Part shown: in pieces, positions 26,418 through 39,936 of the stretch | How the letters are laid out: every line of letters starts with the position of its first letter | Position numbering within the stretch: position 1 is the first letter of the stretch | Assembly (NCBI GenBank): GCA_010909165.1 | Contig: MU008168.1 | Coordinates: 372,001 to 436,000, forward strand | Direction: 5' to 3' | Source of the DNA: Anthoceros angustus | Lineage: Eukaryota > Plantae > Anthocerotophyta | Length of the DNA stretch: 64,000 nucleotides | Notes under the pieces: generated by a model | Told to the model about the DNA's origin: nothing | The model's database searches: none | The model's input: the letters and a program-made list of their open reading frames with translations, nothing else | Translations under genes and position numbers: made by a program

Positions 26418-27210
26418 ATGGCTCCTAGGGAGCACTCATCGTTTAAGGAAGCTCGCAATTTGAAGCGGCAGGCCAAGGCTGTGCAAGATCGGGCTGCCCG
26501 CATCGATGCTGAACTGAGAGATACTCCTACCTTCAGGGCCAAGGTATGGAATTGGCACGATGGTGATGGGAAGCTCCGCGAGAAAGGCTTGGACGTTCGA
26601 AACGACAAGTTTTTGATGGGTTTGAAGGAGAGATTGGGAGGGCCGGACGTGTTGTCTGATGCCTTTGGCAAGGTCGAAAGCGAGAACATAGGCTTTGTAT
26701 GGCAAGGCAGACACACTCTCTCGAGTGGAGGCACGTAGATGATCTATTATACCACATCTATGGGAAAGCATGCGGTGCAACTCACGTGGTGCCCAGTCCA
26801 TGGCCTTGGGACTTTTGGTAGAGAAGCGTGCAAATGTGTGGGCAGCCTTCCTTTGAAGGAGGCGAAGAAGGAGGCGAAGGAGGCAAAGGAGGCGAAGGGG
26901 AAGAACACTAGGATGGATGAGAAAGAGGTGGAAGTTGAAGAAATGGCGTCGGAGGAGGACAAGGAGGAGCAGTTGCCGGCTCTCTCCATAGGGCCAGCTC
27001 AGCCTGTGGAGGTCCGAGGGCGGCGGGTTGCTCCTCCTGTCTCACCTCCTAAGGCTTCTAAAGCCTCTTCTATTCCGGTGATCACGAGGTGGAGCAGTCG
27101 GCGGAGTGGAGGCCGCATTTGGTGGCCAGGCGGCGATTACGATTCCAATGAGCAGCCAACTGCAGCGGAAGACTTTAGAGACATCGTCGGCAAAGGTTCG
27201 TCTTCTCAGG
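26418..27210 (+). pseudogene. Unknown ORF inside the Sola2-like element (one in-frame stop at 26736-26738)
   Basis: ORFs 26331-26738 and 26739-27509 are in the same frame; protein-like sequence with CPVH..CKC and a KEA-repeat/acidic region; no family recognised. Confidence 0.4.
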
Positions 27211-28898
27211 GCTGCGTGAGGTGTTGCCACTTTACAACATGGGCGGGGTATCGGGACTCGACATGGGTGGACGGTTGCCGATGTTGGGGCACCTGTGGCG
27301 GTGGTGCTAACCTAGTTGTGGATGCAGGATGCTGGATATATTGGCTGAAGGATGGGGGTGCTAGTGATTTCCTGGCGATGTATGGGTCTTTGGTGGTATG
27401 GGTTGCTTGTAATGTTGCTTGTAATGTGGGTCTGGTGCACGCTTCTTTTCGCTGCTCTCCGCTAGAGGCCGACTTGTGTTCGCCGAGCGGTGTGATTTCG
27501 CTTGGGTAGTGGCCTGATTTTGTTCCTCTTATGCCGCCCATCTTGGACAGTGCTTTCCTATTTTGAGGCTGATGCCCACCTTCTTATTCTAGTGTTCTAA
27601 TCCGTCGTGGCTGTAAGGGCTTGGTGATCTGCGCTTCTTTTGCGCTCTCCCAAGGCATGGTTTCAGGCTGTGATTTTGTGCACTTGGTGGGGCCGTTGTT
27701 TCGTTGCTCTTGTGCCGCCCATCTTGACAGGCTCACCTCTTTCCGGTGATGTCCTGCTGTTTATTCTAGCGTTCTAGTTGTTATCTGTGACGGTGTTGGT
27801 GGTGCGGTGGTAATCTTCGCAGTGGATGTTGGATTTAAGCTAATTCGTCGTGATCGGTGCTAACCTAGTGGTGGATGCGGAGGTTGAATAGATTTGCTGC
27901 GGGCATCGGTCTTTGGCGATTTCCTGGCGATGTATGGGTCTGGTGATATGGGTTGGCTGCTGATGTTGCTGGTAACCTGGATGCTGGTGCGCGCTAGCGT
28001 TCCAGCGTTCTACGATCGTCGTCATCTTCCAGCGTTCTACAGTCGTCGGATCTGTAAGGGCTTGGTGCATGCGTATGCCCATGTGTGGCTACCGAATTTA
28101 AGCATAGGTGGTGGCTGCTGAAGGGGGTGCTAGTTGTCTAACCTTGCTTGGATCTGATTTCCTCTGTTCAGGCTCTTATCCCACTTCATCTCGCAGCGTG
28201 CATAAATCGGTGGGGTGTTAGTGGTTGGTGCAAGCGGGTGCAACTCTGCTCATGCTGTATGATGGTGCTAAGGTCTCGGTCTTGATCTGGTTGTCTGGAT
28301 CTTGTTATGGTGTACTCGTGCTGTTGCCATCTGTTCTTCTAGAAGGTTCTTTGGGAGGTAGGCGGTGAAGGGTTCGGTCACTTAAGAGTTTTGGTATATG
28401 CACTGGCTCTACATATGTTGTGAAACACGGATGCTATTGGTTTTGGTTTTCAATAGATGGGATCTTGCGGATGCCTCGAAGCCGTTTTTCATCTTTCCAA
28501 GTTTCCATCCTTGGTTTTCGCCACCGGAAGGGCGTGGTAAGCGGTCCGTCGAGTTAGTTCTCCTTGGTGACCGGGCATTGAAGGGTGCACAGTCACGGTT
28601 GTCCATTGCCGCAGTCTAGGTCGTTTGGTACCCTTGTATTAGAGGACCATTAGTCATATCGCCCCTTTTGTGTGTTCATGTACGCACTTGTGTGTTTTGT
28701 GTTCAATGTTTCTTCATGAGTCTCACTTGTGGCGGTTGCCCCATCGTCCATGTGTGAAAATATATCACATGGCGGAGTTGTGCTACTTGCACACCTCCTG
28801 TTTTCTTGGTCACTAGGCCGACCAATTACCCATATCGGACGATCGTTTGGTTCGTTGACCGGTTGGTCAGATGACCGTGGTGATCACTTTACCACTGT

Positions 28899-31321
28899 GT
28901 GGACATTGATCCGGGTTCGAACTTGGTGAACAATTTGTATATTCTAATGGGTTCCTTGTTTCCAGACCATGCTTGGCAAACGCTTGACGTGGCCACAAAA
29001 GTGAAGGGGAAGCTTGCATTGCTCCTTGCACAAGCCGTTGAGGAAGAGGAGGCATTGTCTGCAAAGGCGTTTGCAGAGCAAAATAAGTTGACGGCAGCTC
29101 GGTTGGCTGTTTCCGACTTTGTGATTGCTCGTGTCATTTGGCGGCGTCATCTCGACCGGTTTGTAATTGTGCGGAGATCACCTCTTGTGCCCAACAATGT
29201 GATTGACCACTACTTATTAACGTCTTTGGGCGATTTGAGTACGGTAGGATGCCTGTTGCTCGTGTGAAAGAGCAAGCGCAAGTGTGGCACCGGTGAAAGT
29301 GCCCTTCTAGCCCTCCGAGAAAAAGCATGAGGTGCTAGATCAAAGGTGTAGTGTAGTCCATGAGTACCATGGAAACCTTTGCCGATTGTATAACCATCGT
29401 TGAAGAAGCTGAGCCACAATGGGTTCCTGCTCCTTCGCACGATGAGGCCAAATGGGCCTCTTCAAATAACCCTTTGTTACGTGTGTGGGAGGTTAGTGCT
29501 ACTTTTCGTGTGAAACCTTGATGTTCTTGTTGTTGTTCTAAGATGTACCATGTAAATGTCTTTGTGTGTGCAGTGGTTTGCATGCAACGATTTTGTTTTC
29601 CTCCCATGTGGGCATAGCTTCCATGATGCTGTCTTTTTCGCATTCCGCTCCATGTCATCGCCTAGAGTAGGCGCAAGTGCAAGTTCCTCCACAATGGCTG
29701 AAAGCCAAAGGGTGGCCTTTACGAGTGCGATTAAATTGGAACACTGCGCTAGACCGGGGCTAGAGTGGACAGTACCATCAAGCTGAATGACTTCAAGCAA
29801 TTGGAAGACCGTTTGAAAGATGGTATAGGGTATGTGGGTGCTGGAATTGAAGCCATCTTCCCAGGCAGCTAGAAAACTTCTCCAAGACTCTCTGGTGAGT
29901 GCACCGCCAAAATTGTGTTTTATGCTCAAGTTCGTACCACATCACATGCCCACCAATTGTTGTGGTTTCTCCCGAAGTGCGTATAGTCGCCTTCCCCAAT
30001 GTCTCCATTGTTCCCACTCTTGGGGACACTCATGTTGAAAACCCCACCTCGGACAATGCGGCCATCACGCTGTACGCTCCGCCACCGTGCAACCTTGGTG
30101 ATGCAGTGTGCTTCAAACGGACTGGTTGTGCCAAACGAGAGGGCCAATTGTAGTCAAGATGATGTCCGCTGCAGCAATAGTGTGACCCGGTACTTTGCTT
30201 TGACCCCCAGTAGCGAACCGGTGGGCTGTGCGATGGAGCACCGGATCATGCAACATCTTTGTTAATTGGCACAACGGAGGAGGTGGGTGAGTTGCCCAAG
30301 GAGCTTCCTCCTTTAGAGGAGTGGTTAACGAGGCCATTCACTGTCGAAGGCGCGAAGGGCGCAGGTGTGCCCCAAGTGCAGAAGTCGCAGGTGGGAACTC
30401 CCGTGGTAGAAAGTCCGAATCCTAAAGCTGTAATGGAGGGTCCTAGTGCCGAAGTGCCATTGCAGAGTGAACAGGTGGCTATTGTACATGTTGTTGCGAC
30501 CCTCGCGATGGATGTGCAAGCAGGCCCTCACGACCAGAATGTCACGGGAGGACAATGTGGTGCACCCAATGGCCCTCAGTGCATGGATGAGGGTTTGTCA
30601 GCATCCTGGAATGGCGATTCTTTGGTGAAAGCCACACATGATGAAGTGGCCCCTAGCACGGGATGAAATGGCCACAGCTTGAGTGTGAAGTGGTCATCTA
30701 GAACACCTCGGGGTGTCACAAGGCCCGGATCAACTCAGTCATCGTGCAGGCAGCCTCCAGGGAGTTGGGTGAGGCGGAGGAACAGAAGCGGCAAACTAGG
30801 CAGAAAGCAAAGGGAAAACAGGAGCCGAGGCCGGGGCCTCTGAAACGGAAAGGTGGCAAGTCACGAGGACAAGGGCGGCCAGGAAGATTCGAGCGGCAGT
30901 GGAACGTTTGGAACGTCCAGATGATGTCGCAGATGGAGCTACGAATTTAGGTGCTGGAGACACTTTCATGGTACTTGCTCCACATGGCAATGCAGAGCGT
31001 GTCTCATTCTATTTGTTGAAAGCCTTGTCTGGACCTGAAGTGTTACAAGCAGATTATGTTGACCCTGCTTGGGGATGTGAGAAGTTTGACATGGGGGACA
31101 TAGTTGTGAGGGCTGTGTACTATGAAGTGATGCCTGGAGAACAGGCTGTGTACCAATTGCTAGGCAGTGGTGATCGTGGTGTCCCAACAATGATGCAACG
31201 TGACATGGTCTTTGGCGTGCAAAATCCGTTGGATCCAGTGGCCGCCGTGAAGGAGCCCAAGAACTCGATAGCTATATTGGCTTGCCCCGAAATTGAAGTA
31301 CAGGCGGTGGCCGGATGCTAG
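28899..31321 (+). pseudogene. Cargo gene of the Sola2-like element with RING-like finger(s) and a C-terminal domain resembling the transposase C-terminus
   Basis: C..CVQWFACNDFVFLPCGHSFH at ~29550-29625; second Cys cluster CLHC...QCGH at ~30000-30130; GDTFMVLAP..FYLLK..FDMGDIVVRAVYY at 30950-31125. Confidence 0.55.
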
Positions 31322-34300
31322 GTGAATTAGAACTGTTGGTGAGCCTCTTTCATTTTCTATGTCTTGTGCACTTCTGCGGTGGACCTCCATGTCTTTCTTT
31401 GGTGGGCTGCTTTCAATGCCTTGCTCATTGCGAGTTGCTATGTGTTTTGCTCCTTGGCGGGACCTATTGTGGAGGAGACACCTGCAGACAAGCTCTCCAA
31501 TATCTTGGATGGTGGCTTGTTGCATGTGCGTGGACACACTGGTTAAGTTATCAGACTTTGTGTAAGTGATCATTGACATATAAGATTGCAAAGGCATGCT
31601 GCACATGTGCATGCCGATGTGTTTTAAGAGATTTTATTTTGTCTTATCACACTCCTTTATCTTGGGCGACATAGGCGGGCGAGAACACCAAAATGGGTGG
31701 GTATGGCGTTCCACGATTACACAAGGCACTGCCAAATCGTCGTCCGGGCTTGTGCGTCGTGTGTCTATGTAGACACCTCAAAGCCAAAGCGCCGGCTTGT
31801 CGTCGTCGTCTATGGAGACACCCCAAACCCAAAGCATCCGGGCTTGTGCATCGTGGGTCTATGGAGACACCTCTAGCGAATTGTCGAAATGGCGGAGGCC
31901 ACGGTGCCATGGCGCCGCCCAAGCTAGGGAGCCAAACCTTGAATCCATTTCCCTGCGGTGAATTGATTACAGATTGCACACACATGATGCCCCCTAAGAG
32001 AATGGAACATTTGGTGAGTGCACAAGTGAGGACGCACACCTCCTCCTAATCATCAAACATCATTCAGTTGTGTACATTTGTGCCAATGAAGGGCTCCATC
32101 TTCAATAGGCGTTGCCCTCAGTCGATGACTGAGCCACCTTCTCCGTCGCAAGAGTCGTCCACCTGGGCGTTCAAACACAGGCTGGCCGTTGTGAGTGCAT
32201 TCGGATCTCCTTGGCATGGTATGGATGAAGTCGCTGCCCGGTTCTGGTATGGCGCCATCCGAGCTTGTGCATCCCAAGCCGATCCGCCGTGCGAGCACGT
32301 TCCATGCGCAAGAACCAGACGCTTCAAAAGGGGATTGACAATGGCCACCAAGCTAGCGCTCGGTGGCGCCTCCACCTCCATACCATTATGCAAACCACCC
32401 TCAAGCACCATGCAGGGGCCTCAAGAACAAGGAATGCTAGTGCAGGCGCCTCCATGTCCGGGCGAGGCAGGAGGCGGAGGCCGGGTCGGGAATGAAAAGG
32501 TGATAGAGGAGGTGGGTGGCTCAGCCTTATGTTGTGCGTTACGGGGACGTGTGCAAAGGGCCACAGGAAGGGTATGACTTGGCCGTATCATTAGATGTCG
32601 AAGACTTAGTAATGACCACATCCGGGGAAAGCGTGATCAATGAATTGTCTTTTTCTCCGTGTGGAATGCCTAGTGCTCACCGAATCCATTTGCGAAGACA
32701 TCATGTGTGCACGGTGCATTAAATTAGCATGTGGTAGATGAGAAGTACAAAGGGACCCGGTGGAATGTAGTGCACATTCGTCCAAAACACTAAGGGTTGA
32801 TACTCGAATCACGAAGCTCTCTTCCACAAGCTGTAGTCACAACAAGTTGTGCTTGAGTGAGGGTGTGACCGATTCCAGACTTCTTCTCTCGGTGGTGCCA
32901 TGTCAAACTTGCATGCTTGGACAAATTCAGCGGTAAGATGCAATCATGGAGATCCAAGGGCAAGTCAGACAAACCCGCCACGTCATACATCGGTAGTAAT
33001 GACCAACCACCACCTCCTCCCAGTTGGTAGTTTGTATCGCTCCGGGCGTGTGCGGACACTCTCACCTTGTGCTTTGCTTCCGCAGCGGAGGAGGTAGAAG
33101 TCCCCTTCGTCTTACGGGTGCAAACACAAGGAAATTGTCGCCAACTTCCAATATATCAGCCGGTGAGACACGTCAACAACATCCTCATCTTCACGATCGG
33201 TAATGCGGTCTGACACCCTCCACCATTGCTGCTGGTTGGCGCATCTGTAATTCGAGCAACATTGTCGCATGAGGTGATCGTGGTGTCCCAACAATGATGC
33301 AACGTGACATGGTGTTGGCGTGCAAAATCCGTTGGATCCGGTGGCCGCCGTGTGAAGGAGCCCAAGAACTCGGATAGCTATATTGGCTTGCCCCGAAATT
33401 GAAGTACAGGCGGTGGCCGGATGCTAGGTGAATTAGAAGCATTGGTGAGCCTCTTTCATTTTCTATGTCTTGTGCACTTGCGGTGGACCTCCATGTCTTT
33501 CTTTGGTGGGCTGCTTTCTCAATGCCTTGCTCATTGCGAGTTGCTATGTGTTTCGGCTCCTTGGCGACCTATTGTGGAGGAGACTTGCACACCAGACAAG
33601 CTCTCCAATATCTTGGATGGTGGCTTGTTGCATGTGCGTGGACACCGTTAAGTTATCGACTTTGTGTAAGTGATCATTGACATATAAGATTGCAAAGGCA
33701 TGCTGCACATGTGCATGCGGTGTGTTTGTAAGAGATTTTATTTTGTCTTATCACACTCCTTTATCTTACATGAGCGGGCGAGAACACCAAAATGGGTGGA
33801 CTGTGACGTTCACAGTACACAAGGCGCTTATGCCAAATCGTCCGGGCTTGTGCGTCGTGTGTCTATGTAGACACCTCAAAGCCAAAGCGACCGGGCTTGT
33901 GCGTCGTGTGTCTATGGAGACACCCCAAACCCAAAGCATACGGGCTTGTGCATCGTGCGTCTATGGAGACACCTCTAGTGAATTGTCGAAATGGCGGAGG
34001 CCACGGTGCCATGGCGCCGCCCAAGCTAGGGAGTCAAACCTTGAATCCATTTCCCTGCGGTGAATTGATTACAGATTGCACACATGATGCCCCTAAGAGA
34101 ATGGAACATTTGGTGAGTGCACAAGTGAGGACGCACCTCCTCTAATCATCAAACATCATTCGATTGTGTACATTTGTGCCAATGAAGGGCTCCATCTTCA
34201 ATAGGCGTTGCCCTCGATCGATGGTGAGCCACCTTCTCCGTCGCAAGAGTCGTCCACAGGTGTTCAAACACTGGCCGTTGTGAGTGCATTCGGATCTCCT

Positions 34301-35365
34301 TGGCATGGTATGGATGAAGTCGCTGCCCGGTTACGGTATGGCGCCATCCGAGCTTGCATCCCAAGCCGATCTGCCCGCGTGCGAGCACGTTCCATGCGCA
34401 GCAAGAACTTGAGCGCTTCAAAAGGGGATTCGAATGGCCACCAAGCTAGGCCAAGTGAGGCGCTCTCCACCTCCATACCATTATGCAAACCACCCTCAAG
34501 CACCATAGCAGGGGCCTCAAGAACAAGGAATGCTAGTGCAGGCGCCTCCATGTCTGAAGCGAGAGCAGGAGCGGGAGCCGGGTGCCGGGGAATGAAAAGG
34601 TGATAGAGGAGGTGGGTGGCTACAGGCCTTATGTTGTGCAGGTTACGGGGGACGCATGTGCAAAGGGCCCTGGGAAGGGTATGACTTGGCCAGTATCATT
34701 AGATGTCGAAGACTTAGTAATGACCACATCGGGAAAGCGTGATCAATGAATTGTCTTTTGCTGTCGTGTGTGGAATGCCTAGTGCTCACCGAATCCATTT
34801 GCCGAAGACATCATGTGTGCACGGTGCATTAAATTAGCATGTGGTAGATGAGAAGTACAAAGGGACCCGGTGGAATGTAGTGCACATTCGTCCAAAACAC
34901 TAAGGGTTGATACTCGAATCACGAGCTCTCTTCCACAACTGTAGTCACAACAAGTTGTGCTTGTGAGGGTGTGACCGATTCCGACTTCTTCTCTCGGTGG
35001 TGCCATGTCAAACTTGCATGCTTGGACAAATTCAGCGGTAAGATGCAATCATGGAGATCCAAGGGCAGAGACAAACCCGCCACGTCATACGCACGGTAGT
35101 AATGACCAACCACCACCTCCTCCCAGTTGGTAGTTTGTATCGCTCCGGTGTGGACACTCTCACCTTGTGCTTTGCTTCCGCAGCGGAGGAGGTAGAAGTC
35201 ACGCCGCCGTCTTAGGTGCAAACACAAGGAAATTGTCGCTTCCAATATATCAGCCGGTGAGACACGTCAACAACATCCTCATCTTCACGATCGGCCAGCT
35301 GACACCCTCCACCATTCTTGCTGCTGGTTGGGCATGGTAATTCGAGCAACAACTTTATGCATGAG
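31170..35365. repeat. ~2.1-kb tandem duplication (31170-33274 / 33275-35365)
   Basis: Co-linear copies joined at the microhomology TGATCGT; differences are mostly small indels. Confidence 0.9.
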
Positions 35366-36397
35366 GTCTGATCGTAACCTGCTTCCAATATCCAGAGTGA
35401 GGGACCGTGGGACAATCAGCATGGTTGCTCTCAAGGCACTCAGCACAAAAGCATGCCAAGCTCCGCATCCTCAACTGCGTAGGGTCATCCACATTGCAAC
35501 CATACAGGCTATGCATCAACTTTGAGCCTGGAATGGGGTCACATGCATGCTTGTTCCTCCTATTCACCTCATTTTTCCCTATCGCCAAAACTCCTATGCA
35601 CGCCATGTTCTCCGGATGCATAGGAGGTTGATGCGCACACGAGATGTTGTTGCAAGGTACTCCACCACATCTTGAGCAGCTGCACCAATTTGTTGGAGGA
35701 CTCGGCTGCGAGCTCGCGGATTGCACCACAGTCATGTTCTCCTTACCGTGCCCACTACCAAAATATGACCAAAGCATGTTACACCCTCCCGTGAGGCTTG
35801 GATACCGAGCAATGAAGTAGCTTGGTCGACATGCCTTGAATTGGCTTGCCCCATCCGGCCAGCACGGTGTTCCAGGTAGTGGGAATCCGAATCCCGCATC
35901 CAGCCATTGATGCAGCAAACAATGTTGCACAAAAGAGTGTCATGAACCATATCGTCACTAATATAAAATGGTAATACTTCTCTATGGTTGATGAAGGGTC
36001 TTACGCATCAAGAGGGCCATTGCACAAACACGAGAACCGGAATGGATACAGTCGTTTTGCGGTGCATAGATTGGATTTGTTACTCGCCAAAGCATAGTTG
36101 CGAAAAGTCCATCACGGATACTACAACATCTTGGGAAACCATTCTAGGCCTTTATCGAACTCTATCCCTTGCGAACAAAATCATGGAGCACAAACTCCTT
36201 CAGCTTGATCTTGGTGCTCCACAAACTCGATGGGTGTGTTTCCATGAAGACTAACTTGATGCGTTTTTATCATGGCCATCCAATCTTTGCCAACAACTTG
36301 GTAAAACGCCACTTGAGAACAGTCGGGTTGGATAGTTGCATCTACCTCCGATGGACAAAAGGCAAGTGTACTAACACCACCACGAACAAGTTCCTTG

Positions 36398-39300
36398 CAA
36401 GCATGCAGAGCATGCCAATCGACATCTGGTTCCTTTGCACAAAGGACACGCTCACAAGCACCCTCACGGCGGCAAGCGGAGGCGGCATTACATGCAAGAT
36501 CCGATGACCCTAAAGGAGGATTACAAACAAGGCAAGAGCATTCACGGTGGCCAGGGTGAACCACGAAACCGTTCCCTAAGGCCATTGAAAGCATCCTTTA
36601 GGAATGCCATCTCAACATGGTACCTACAAGATAGATTGCGCTCTTGTAGGCTCTTCACATAGAAGGGCTTCAATTTCTCGAATGTCTGGCCTACTTGAAT
36701 ATCGGTGTTCATGAGCGAAGGTAGAATTCCGTCGCACATGGTAGCATCGTATGAATCGGTCGGTGAATGTATACACAACCCTATGTGTCCGAGCCAACAA
36801 GCTTAAGGTACCAAAAGGCAAGACAAGTGGACACATGCCCAAGTTACGGATGACCCAAAAACTTGGCAAAGGCCCGTGGCAAAGAACGTGACCAAGTGTA
36901 CATGACCGGGAAGCCACATGCTCATCCAAAAGAGGTTGCTTGCTAAATCATCCTTGGGCATGGACAAAGGGACGGGGTGACAACTCGGCCACACATGTGC
37001 AACCGAGTGAAGCGACCATGTGACCACCAAGTCAAGCAACCATGTGACCAGGTGAAGCAACCTTGTGACCACGGTCAAGCAACCATGTGCCCGAGTCAAG
37101 CAACCATGTGACCATAAGGAATGGGAACTTGTGGTCACCAGTTGCCCGTGGCGTCGCCGTTGGCCACAATTGTGGCCAATGAGTCCACCAACCATGTGAC
37201 CACAAGCACTACTTGTGGTCACCATGGGTGACACAATGTGGCAAGAGGCCCAGACCAATCTTGTGGTCTCGGTAGCGGTGGCCATCCGAGCAGTGGTGAG
37301 CACATGGGAAGACCACAATAAGTCAATGGCACCGACATCCACAATGGCACAACAATGTGGTACATCAGGGCATAAATAGCAACCACCATGTACATCACCC
37401 TTGTGCAGCAGTGACATCCCAACCGGCGTTTGCACCAAGCATGCAAGAGCATGCCAATCGACATCTGGTTCCTTTGCACAAAGGACACGCTCACAAGCAC
37501 CCTCACCGGCAAGCGGGAGGCGGCGTACATGCAAGATCCGATGACCCTAAAGGAGGATTACAAACAAGGCAAGAGCATTCCACGGTGGCCACGGGTGAAC
37601 CACGAAACCGTTCCCTAAGGCCATTGAAAGCATCCTTTAGGAATGCCATCTCAACATGGTACCTACACAAGATAGATTGCGCTCTTGTAGGCTCTTCACA
37701 TAGAAGGGCTTCAATTTCTCGAATGTACGGCCTACTTGAATATCGGTGTTCATGAGCGAAGGTAGAATTCTCGCACATGGTAGCATCGTATGAATCGGTC
37801 GGTGAATGTATACACAACCCTATGTGTCCGAGCCAACAAGCTTAAGGTACCAAAAGGCAAGACAAGTGGACACATGCCCAAGTTACCGATGACCCAAAAA
37901 CTTGGCAAAGGCCCGTGGCAAAGAACGTGACCAAGTGTACATGACCGGGAAGCCACATGCTCATCCAAAAGAGGTTGCTTGCTAAATCATCCTTGGGCAT
38001 GGACAAAGGGACGGGGTGACAACTCGGCCACACATGTGCAACCGAGTGAAGCGACCATGTGACCACCAAGTCAAGCAACCATGTGACCAGGTGAAGCAAC
38101 CTTGTGACCACGGTCAAGCAACCATGTGCCCGAGTCAAGCAACCATGTGACCATAAGGAATGGGAACTTGTGGTCACCAGTTGCCCGTGGCGTCGCCGTT
38201 GGCCACAATTGTGGCCAATGAGTCCACCAACCATGTGACCACAAGCACTACTTGTGGTCACCATGGGTGACACAATGTGGCAAGAGGCCCAGACCAATCT
38301 TGTGGTCTCGGTAGCGGTGGCCATCCGAGCAGTGGTGAGCACATGGGAAGACCACAATAAGTCAATGGCACCGACATCCACAATGGCACAACAATGTGGT
38401 ACATCAGGGCATAAATAGCAACCACCATGTACATCACCCTTGTGCAGCAGTGACATCAGCCAACCGGCGTTTGCACCAAGCATGCAAGAGCATGCCAATC
38501 GACATCTGGTTCCTTTGCACAAAGGACACGCTCACAAGCACCCTCACGGCGGCAAGCGGGAGGCGGCATTACATGCAAGATCCGATGACCCTAAAGGAGG
38601 ATTACAAACAAGGCAAGCATTCCACGGTGGCCACGGGTGAACCACACCGTTCCCTAAGGCCATTGAAAGCATCCTTTAGGAATGCCATCTCAACATGGTA
38701 CCTACAAGATAGATTGCGCTCTTGTAGGCTCTTCACATAGAAGGGCTTCAATTTCTCGAATGTCTGGCCTACTTGAATATCGGTGTTCATGAGCGAAGGT
38801 AGAATTCTCGCACATGGTAGCATCGTATGAATCGGTCGGTGAATGTATACACAACCCTATGTGTCCGAGCCAACAAGCTTAAGGTACCAAAAGGCAAGAC
38901 AAGTGGACACATGCCCAAGTTACGGATGACCCAAAAACTTGGCAAAGGCCCGTGGCAAAGAACGTGACCAAGTGTACATGACCGAGGAAGCCACATGCTC
39001 ATCCAAAAGAGGTTGCTCAATACAATCATCCTTGGGCATGGACAAAGGGACAATGAGGTGACAACTCGGCCACACATGTGCAACCGAGGAAGCGACCATG
39101 TGACCACCAAGTCAAGCAACCATGTGACCAGGTGAAGCAACCTTGTGACCAGGTCAAGCAACCATGTGCCCAGGTCAAGCAACCATGTGACCATAAGGAA
39201 TGGGAACTTGTGGTCACCAGGTTGCCCGTGGCCGTCTTGTGGTGTAATGAGTCCACCAACCATGTGACCACAAGCACTACTTGTGGTCACCATGGGTGAC

Positions 39301-39526
39301 ACAATGTGGCAAGAGGCCCTGAGACCAATCTTGTGGTCTCGGTAGCAGGTGGCCATCCGAGCAGCTGGTGAGCACATGGGAAGACCACAATAAGTCAATG
39401 GCACCAGACATCCACAATGGCACAGCAATGTCTGGTACATCAGGCCTGCATAAATAGCAACCACCATGTACATCACCCATGTGCAGCAGGCAGACACTGT
39501 CAATCGGCGTTTGCACCAAGCATGCA
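36398..39526. repeat. Three tandem copies of a ~1.04-kb unit, each containing a 21-bp minisatellite (caagcaaccatgtgaccaggt)
   Basis: Units start with caagcatgca at ~36398, ~37436 and ~38477; minisatellite e.g. at 39110-39195. Confidence 0.9.
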
Positions 39527-39936
39527 TTCGTCTTCCTTGAATGCCTCACCTGGACATGAAAGCAAACATCAGAACAACCAGAATTCTCATAAAAACACTG
39601 AACGGCGGAGGAAAACAATAACAGTCCGCTGTGCACGAACTGGAGACATCACTCAAACATCACCAATAGCCAGACCTGTCACCAATCACCACATCACAAA
39701 CAACATGTCCACCACAACTACGCAGATGAAACCGGAAGAATGAAAGATCAACGAGACATATCAAGGAAGTGAGTGATATGCTTGGTAAACGTCTTTGGAG
39801 CCGTTCTCAACCGTTTTGTGTCCTTTGTGTTTGATGAGGGGCGAAGCAAGCTCCCGACGCACAATCTTGTCCTTGACATACCACAAACAATGTCATTCCG
39901 TGTCTTCCTACGCACCACACCATGACCACAATTCTG

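Noticed and set aside
32516-32722. Ulp1/SENP protease-like remnant (DVEDLVMTTSGESVINE)
   Set aside because: Only a faint resemblance; no catalytic His/Cys motifs follow.
37010-39200. 21-bp repeats as a CRISPR array or a KQPCDQV repeat protein
   Set aside because: Degenerate minisatellite, probably intronic, with no spacers and no supported gene context.
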